From positions 8,868,001 to 8,928,000 of the forward strand of contig CM075994.1 in assembly GCA_038087875.1 (NCBI GenBank): DNA of 60,000 bases. The letters are read 5' to 3'. This DNA comes from Malacoraja senta. Taxonomy: Eukaryota. Shown here piece after piece: positions 52,750-60,000 of this stretch. Numbering within the stretch: position 1 is the stretch's first letter; each line of letters opens with the position of its first letter. The position numbers were made by a program, and so were the translations under genes. Under the pieces are notes generated by a model. It saw only the letters and a program-made list of their open reading frames with translations. It did not search any database and was not told the DNA's origin.

Positions 52750-54790
52750 AAACATAGAAACATAGAAACATAGAAACTAGGTGCAGGAGGAGGCCATTCG
52801 ATCCATTCATTGTGATCATGGCTGATCGACCCCAATCAATAACCCATGCCTGCCTTCTCCCCATATCCCTTGACTCCACCAGCCCCTAGAGCTCTATCTA
52901 ACTCTCTCTTAAATCCATCCAGTGATTTGGCCTCCACTGCCCTCTGTGGCAGGGAATTCCACAAATTCACAACTCTCTGGGTGAAAAAGTTTTTTCTCAC
53001 CTCAGTCTTAAATGACCTCCCCTTTATTCTAAGACTGTGGCCCCTGGTTCTGGACTCGCCCAACATTGGGAACATTTTTCCTGCATCTAGCTTGTCCAGT
53101 CCTTTTATAATTTTATATGTTTCAATAAGATCCCCCCTCATCCTTCAGTGAATACAAGAAGGGTTTCTGCCCGAAACGTTGCCTATTTCCTTCGCTCCAT
53201 AGATGCTGCCTCACCCGCTGAGTTTCTCCAGTATTTTTGTCTACCTTCGATTTTTCCAGCACCTGCAGTTCCTTCTTGACCAAATAGATTTAATAGGAAC
53301 CTGAGGGGCAAGGTATTCAAATGGAGGGTGGTGTGTGTACCTTTTGAGAAGGCTCCGCTCCTTCAACATCTGCAGTAAGATCCAGCAGATGTTCTACCAA
53401 TCGGTGGTGGTAGCCAGTGCCATCTTCTTCGGGCCAGCAGAGCGAAGGACGCAGACGCCAACAGGACCAACAAGCTCGTCGGGAAGGCCGGCTCCGTCCT
53501 GGGCGCGGAGATGGAGTTGGATTCACGGGGGTTGGTCACGGAGGGGAGGATGCTCCTCAAACTGCGGAGCACCCTGGACAATACAGCTCATCCCCCCTCT
53601 CCGTGACACAATGGTCAACCTGAGGAGCACCTTAAGCAACAGACTGGTTCCACCAAGATGCAGCACAGAACGCCACAGGAGATCCTTCTTCCCTGTGTCT
53701 ATCAAAGTGTACAACTCGTCCCCTTCTGTCGTAGGGTAGACTGAGACTGACTCCTCCCCCCTCCCCCCTCCCCAATCTTTGCACATTCCCAATAATTTCC
53801 ACATTAATGTCCACATCAAACATAGAAACATAGAAAATAGGTGCAGGAGGAGGTTTCCACATCAAACATAGAAACATAGACAATAGGTGCAGGAGGAGGC
53901 CATTCGGCCCTTCGAGCCAGCACCGCCATTCATTGTGATCATGGCTGATCGTCCCCAATCAATAACCCGTGCCTGCCTTCTCCCCATATCCCTTGATTCC
54001 ACTAGCCCCTAGAGCTCTATCTAACTCTCTCTTAAATCCATCCAGTGACTTGGCCTCCACTGCCCTCTGTGGCAGGGAATTCCACAAATTCACAACTCTC
54101 TGGGTGAAAAAGTTTTTTCTCACCTCAGTCTTAAATGGCCTCCCCTTTATTCTAAGACTGTGGCCCCTGGTTCTGGACTCGCCCAACATTGGGAACATTT
54201 TTCCTGCATCCAGCTTGTCTAGTCCTTTTATAATTTTATATGTTTCTATAAGATCCCCCTCATCCTTCTAAACTCCAGTGAATACAAGCCTAGTCTTTTC
54301 AATCTTCGAGCCATTCAATGTGATCATGGCTGATCATCCCCAATCAGTACCCCGTTCCTGCCTTCTCCCCATATCCCCTGACTCCACTATCTTTAAGAAC
54401 CCTATCTAGCTCTCTCTTGAAAGTATCCAGAGAACTGGCCTCCACCGCCCTCTGAGGTAGAGAATTCCACTGACTCACAACTCTCTGTGAGAAAACGTGT
54501 TTCCTCGTCTCTGTTCTAAATTGCTTACCCCTTATTCTTAAACTGTTTGGCCCTGGTTCTGGACTCCCCCAACATCGGGAACATGTTTCCTGCCTCTAGC
54601 GTGTCCAAACCCTTAACAATCTTATATGTTTCAATAAGGTGCCCTCTCATCCTTCTAAACTCCAGAGTATACAAGCCCATCGGCTCCATTCTCTCAGTAT
54701 ATGACAGTCCCGCCATCCCGGGAATTAACCTTGTAAACCTACGCTGCACTCGCTCAATAGCAAGATTGTCATTCTTCAAATTAGGCCCAT
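52750..54790. mobile_element. CR1 3' ends (-; 52750-53156, 53820-54305, 54306-54790) and a Rex1 piece (+; 53335-53735)
   Basis: RGHSLRIKG..FKTEVRKNFFTQRVVNLWNSLP; YLLRRLRSFNIC. Confidence 0.87.
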
Positions 54791-54985
54791 AAGGTCATAA
54801 GAGATAGGAGAAGAATAAGGCAATTCGGACCATCAAGTCTACTCTGCCATGCAATCATGGCTGATCTATCTCTCCCTCCTAACACCATTCTCCTGCCTTC
54901 TCCCCGTAACCCCTGACACTAATCATGAATCTATCTATCTCTGCCTTAAAAATATCCATTGAAGTTACTCCACGAGTTAGATAGA

Positions 54986-55385
54986 GCCTGCGCTTGGTCT
55001 CACCGATGTAGAGCAGTTGACACCTGGAACAGCGGATGCAATAGATGAGGTTGGAAGAGATGCAGGTGAACATCTGCTTCACCTGGAAAGACTGCTTGGG
55101 TCCTTGGATGGAGTCGATGGGGGAGGTAAAGCGACAAATTGTAGCATTTCCTGCGGTTTCAGGGGAAAGTGCCCGGGGAGGGGGTGGTTCGGGTGGGAAG
55201 GGACAAATTGACCAGGGAGTTACAGAGGGAACGGTCACTGCGGAAAGCAGACAGTGGAGGAGATGGGACGATGAGGCCAGTGGTGGGATCACGTTGGAGG
55301 TGGCGAATATGTCGGAGGATTATCTGTTGTAAACAACCAGGAGGGGTGTAGATAGGGGAGACAGGCACAGTCTTTTTCAGTAGTA
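54986..55385 (-). mobile_element. Penelope-like fragment, duplicate of 52309-52690
   Basis: LIYCIRCSRCQLLYIGETKRRL; same 5' breakpoint and flank as the first copy. Confidence 0.88.
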
Positions 55386-56088
55386 GGAGAGGTTAAACAG
55401 GAGGGCACAGGTTTAAGTGGGGAGAGATAGATTTACTAGTCTGAAGAAGGGTTTCGGCCCGAAACTTTGCCTATTTCCTTCGCTTCATAGATGCTGCCTC
55501 ACCCGCTGAGTTCCTCCAGCATTTTTGTCTTCCTTCGATTTTCCAGCATCTGCAGTTCCTTCTTAAACCAATAGATTTAATAGGAACAAAATAGAGAGAG
55601 TACAGAGGAGATTTACTAGAATGTTGCCTGGGTTTCAGCAACTAAGTTACAGAGAAAGGTTGAACAAGTTAGGTCTTTATTCTTTGGAGCGCAGAAGGTT
55701 AAGAGGGGACTTGATAGAGGTCTTTAAAATTATGAGCGGGTTAGATAGAGGTGGACGTGGATAAGCTTTTCCCATTGAGAGTAGGGAAGATTCAAACAAG
55801 GGGACATGACTTGAGAATTAAGGGACAGAAGTTTAGGGGGAACATTAGGGGGAACTTCTTTACTCAGAGAGTGGTAGCTGTGTGGAATGAGCTTCCAGTG
55901 GAAGTGGTGGAGGCAGGTTCGATGTTATCCTTTAAAAATAGATTGGATGGGTATATGGACGGGAAAGGAATGGAGGGTTATGGTCTGAGTGCAGGTAGAT
56001 GGGACTAGGGGAGAAAAGGTGTTCAAATGGAGGGTGGTGTGTATACCTTTTGAGAAGGCTCCGCTCCTTCAACATCTGCAGTAAGATG

Positions 56089-57363
56089 TGCAATTCGGCA
56101 ACTGTGCAATCCTGCTCCTTCTTGACCTCAACGCAGCATTTGATACTGTCGACCACACCATCCTAATTGACCGTCTCCGGTATGGGGTTGGTATTGATGG
56201 CACTGCTCTGAGCTGGTTCATCTCCTACCTCAAAGGTAGGAGTTTCTCGACTAACATAGGCAACTCTTTCTCCTCCCCAGCTAATCTCTGCTGTGGGGTT
56301 CCACAAGGTTCCATCCTTGGCCCCATTCTCTTCTCCCTGTAAATGCTCCCCTTAGGCCAAGTCATTGAAAGGCACGGCATTTCCTTCCATTGCTACGCAG
56401 ACGATACACAACTCTATCTCCCCCTGAAGCCCAAAAACCAATCAAATCTGTTTAACCTTACCCACTGCCTCGAGGATATAAAGTGTTGGATGGCCCAGAA
56501 CTTCCTCCAACTAAACGAGAGTAAGTCTGAGGTCATCCTTCTCGGCCCCTCGGACTCAATCAAAATGATAGCAGGCAGCCTTGGAAGCCTTACCCCACTA
56601 CTCAAACCTCACGTCAAAAACCTTGGCGTGATATTTGACTCAGCACTGAAATTTGACAAACAAGTCAATGCCGTGGTAAAAGCTAGCTTCTTTCAGCTTC
56701 GGACGATAGCTAAAATAAAACAATTCCTCCAGTTTGATGACCTCGAAAAGATCATCCACACATTTATCTCCACCCGCCTAGATTACTGCAACTCCCTTTA
56801 CACTGGCATCAGCCAATCTTCCCAGTCCCGCCTGCAACTGGTCCAAAACGCCGCAGCGAGACTCCTGACGGGCACCCGAAAAAGGGACCACATCACCCCG
56901 ATCCTGGCCTCTCTCCACTGGCTCCCTGTGCGGTTCCGTATAAACTTCAAGATCCTCCTCCATGTCTACAAAGCCCTCAATGGGCTTGCCCCCACCTACA
57001 TAAAAAGTCTTCTCACCCACCACTCCACCTCCAGGCCCCTCAGATCGGCCGACTTGGGGTTGCTGAATATCCCACGGTCTAGGCATAAGCTCAGGGGCGA
57101 CCGCGCCTTTGCGGTTGCAGCCCCTAGACTGTGGAACAGCATCCCCCTTCCCATCAGAACTGCCCCCTCCATCGACTCCTTTAAGTCAAGAGTAAAAACT
57201 TATCTATACTCCCAAGCCTTTCCTGACGTCCTCTGAGTGAGGGCTACATGTATATATGTATGTAGTTTGTTTTGTTTGTGCTATTCTTATAACAAATGCA
57301 AAGCACTTTGGCCAACGAGAGTTGTTTTTAAATGTGCTATATAAATAAATGTGACTTGACTTG
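56089..57363 (+). mobile_element. L2 LINE, 5'-truncated RT region, nearly intact frame
   Basis: [28 protein letters not shown], one TAA at 56340-56342, CYADDTQLY, RLDYCNSL and LHWLPV; (TTGAC)n tail. TSD AAGATG at 56083-56088 and 57364-57369. Confidence 0.95.
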
Positions 57364-57654
57364 AAGATGCTGCAGATGTTCTACCAATCGGTGGTGGTGG
57401 GCCAGTGCCATCTTCTTCGAGCCAGCACCGCCATTCAATGTAATCATGGCTGATCATCTACAATCAGTCGAGACCCTTCTTCTCTACTGTTATACTGTAC
57501 TATGTGGGGGATATGAGAGAGAATGGGAAGTGCGTGAGACCAGGGGGCGATTTCCGGTAAGATTGGGTCAGTGTGACCAGAACTGACTGCAAACAGACAC
57601 AAGCACTACACACACCCACCCACACATATAGAGATTAAAAAATGTGTGAACACA

Positions 57655-60000
57655 CAGTCTTAGAATAAAGGGGAGGCTATTTAAGACTGAGGTGAGAAGA
57701 AACGTTTTCACCCAGAGAGTTGTGAATTTATGGAATTCCCTGCCACAGAGGGCAGTGGAGGCCAAGTCACTGGATGGATTTAAGAGAGAGTTAGATAGAG
57801 CTCTGGGGGCTGGTGGAATCAAGGGATATGGGGAGAAGGCAGGCACGGGTTATTGATTGGGGACGATCAGCCATGATCACAATGAATGGCGGTGCTGGCT
57901 CGAAGGGCCGAAATGCCTCCTCCTGCACCTATTTTCCATGTTTCTATGTTTCTATGTATCAGTAGTTCCTGATGTGGACTCTTATTCATCGGCGAGACGA
58001 AGTGCAGACTTGGCGATCATTTCGCTGAACACCTCCGCTCAGTCCGCCTGGACCTACCTGATCTCCCGGTGCCAAAACACTTTAATTCTCCTTCCCATTC
58101 TCACACTGACCTTTCTATCCTGGGCCTCCTCCATTGTCAGAGTGAGGATGTACGATAATTGGAGGAACAGCATCTTATATTTCGCTTGGGCAGCTTATAC
58201 CCCAGTGGTACGAACATTGATTTCTCTAACGTTAAGTAACTCCTACATTCCCTCTCTCTCTCCATCCCTCCCCCACCCAAGTCGCACCAGCTTCTCGTTC
58301 TCACCCAGCAAACAGCTAACAATGGCCTGTTTCCTTTATCATCGCTACTTTTTTGGCATTATCTTTCATTCACTGTTCTACATCTCTCTACATCATCGTC
58401 TATATCTCCCGTTTACTTTTGCTGTGACTTTCAGTCTGAAGAAGGGTCTCGACCCGAAACGTCACTCATTCCTTGTCTCCAGTGATGCTGCCTGTCCTGC
58501 TGAGTTTGCTCCAGCACATTTGTGTCAATCTTCAGTTTAAACCAGCATCTGCAGTTCATTCCCACATTTCTGATGCTTTTAGAGATAGACAATAGACAAC
58601 AGACAATTGGTGCAGGAGTAGGCCATTCGGCCCTTCGAGCCAGCACCACCATTCAATGTGTTCATGGCTGATCATCCCCAATCAGTACCCCCGTTCCTGC
58701 CTTCTCCCATATACCCTGACTCCGCTATCTTTAAGAGCCCTATCTACCTCTCTCTTGAAAGTATCCAGAGAACCTGCCTCCACCGCCCTCTGAGGCAGAG
58801 AATTCCACAGACTCACAACTCTCTGTGAGAAAATGTGTTTCCTCGTCTCCGTTCTGAATGGCTGAGGAAACACCTTTCCAGGGGTACTAATTGGGGATGA
58901 TCAGCCATGATCACATTGAATGGCAGTGCCGGCTCGAAGGGCCTAATGGCCTACTCCTGCACCTGTTGTCTATTGTCCATTGTCTATTGTCCCACAGAGA
59001 GTTGTGAGTCTGTGGAATTCTCTGCCTCGGAGGGCAGTGGAGGCCGGTTCTCTGGATACTTTCAAGAGAGAGAGCTAGAGAGATACAGCGTGGAATCAGG
59101 TCCTTCGGCCCAGGGTGGAAGGGGTTGGGGGGTTAACATGTTTCACAACATGGCGCAAACGGCTGAAGTGGTGAAGGTTATAAACAGGTTTAGCTGAAAC
59201 CTTGAGCTATTAATAAGGTCTGTCTCGCAATTTCCGTTGGTCTTCACACCAAAGATCATAGAGCCAACTAACTTTACACAGAACCAACTAGTAAGTAAGT
59301 AAGTAAGTAAGTAAGTAAATTTTCTTTATTTAGCACATTTAAATCAACTCGCGTTGAAACCAACGTGCTTTACATAAAAGAAATAATTCAGTTTCTGTAC
59401 GTCCATAGAAAAATTAAAAATATGAAAAATGACACAACACATTATCGAATTCAACAAGAACGCCCCCCCCACAGCAGAATCAAAATTTTCCACTGTGGCG
59501 AAAGGCATCAAAAAAGTTAAGTCCCTGCCACAGAGGGCAGTGGAGGCCAAGTCACTGGATGGATTTAAGAGAGAGTTAGATAGAGCTCTAGGGGCTAGTG
59601 GAGTCAAGGGATATGGGGAGAAGGCAGGCACGGGTTATTGATAGGGGATGATCAGCCATGATCACAATGAATGGCGGTGCTGGCTCGAAGGGTCCGAATG
59701 GTCTCCTCCTGCACCTATTTTCTATGTTTCTATGTTTCTATGATTTTGTACACTTCTATAAGATCTCCCCTCATCCTCCTGCGCTCCAAGAAATAGAGAC
59801 ACAGCCTACTCAACCTCTCCCTATAGCTCACACCCTCTAGTCCTGGCAACATCCTGGGAAATCTTCTCTGAATCCTTTCAAGCTTGACAATATCTTTCCT
59901 ATAACACGGTGCCCAGAACTGAACCCAATATTCTAACTGGAGAGAAGGAATGGGCGACGTTTCGGCACAATAGACAATAGATAATAGGTGCAGGAGTTGG
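57655..60000. mobile_element. Mosaic of CR1 3' ends, a degraded Penelope 3' fragment (57965-58565 +) and an L2-type tail
   Basis: Family similarity to copies above. Confidence 0.8.

Overview
Eukaryotic vertebrate genomic DNA, very probably from an elasmobranch (skate/ray/shark), judged from HE1-type V-SINEs and their partner CR1 LINEs. Most of the window is transposable-element debris: CR1, L2, Rex1/Babar, L1, RTE-derived, Penelope, tRNA-SINE, hAT/Harbinger-like MITE and Tc1 pieces, plus large microsatellites and one 200-N assembly gap. Hidden in the repeats, and missed by the ORF track, is a minus-strand allograft inflammatory factor 1 (AIF1/IBA1) gene. I can read exon 1 (MDRQG, 42004-42016), exon 2 (GKAFGILKAQQDDRLEAINK, 31395-31456) and the terminal exon (IMIYEDKAKEPRKPIGFPTKKSFSDLP*, 23414-23498). 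The EF-hand exons 3-5 were not found and probably lie in the gap. Downstream on the same strand is a CpG-island promoter with a non-coding first exon (donor at 8490/8489) of an unidentified gene that runs off the left edge; mammalian MHC class III order suggests PRRC2A, but this is unproven. The most notable non-genic signal is a high-copy Penelope terminal-repeat unit carrying a minimal hammerhead-ribozyme core (CTGAAGA-stem-GAAACGTC), often in fold-back pairs and detached from any ORF. No prokaryotic features, rRNA, bona fide tRNA or CRISPR arrays were found.
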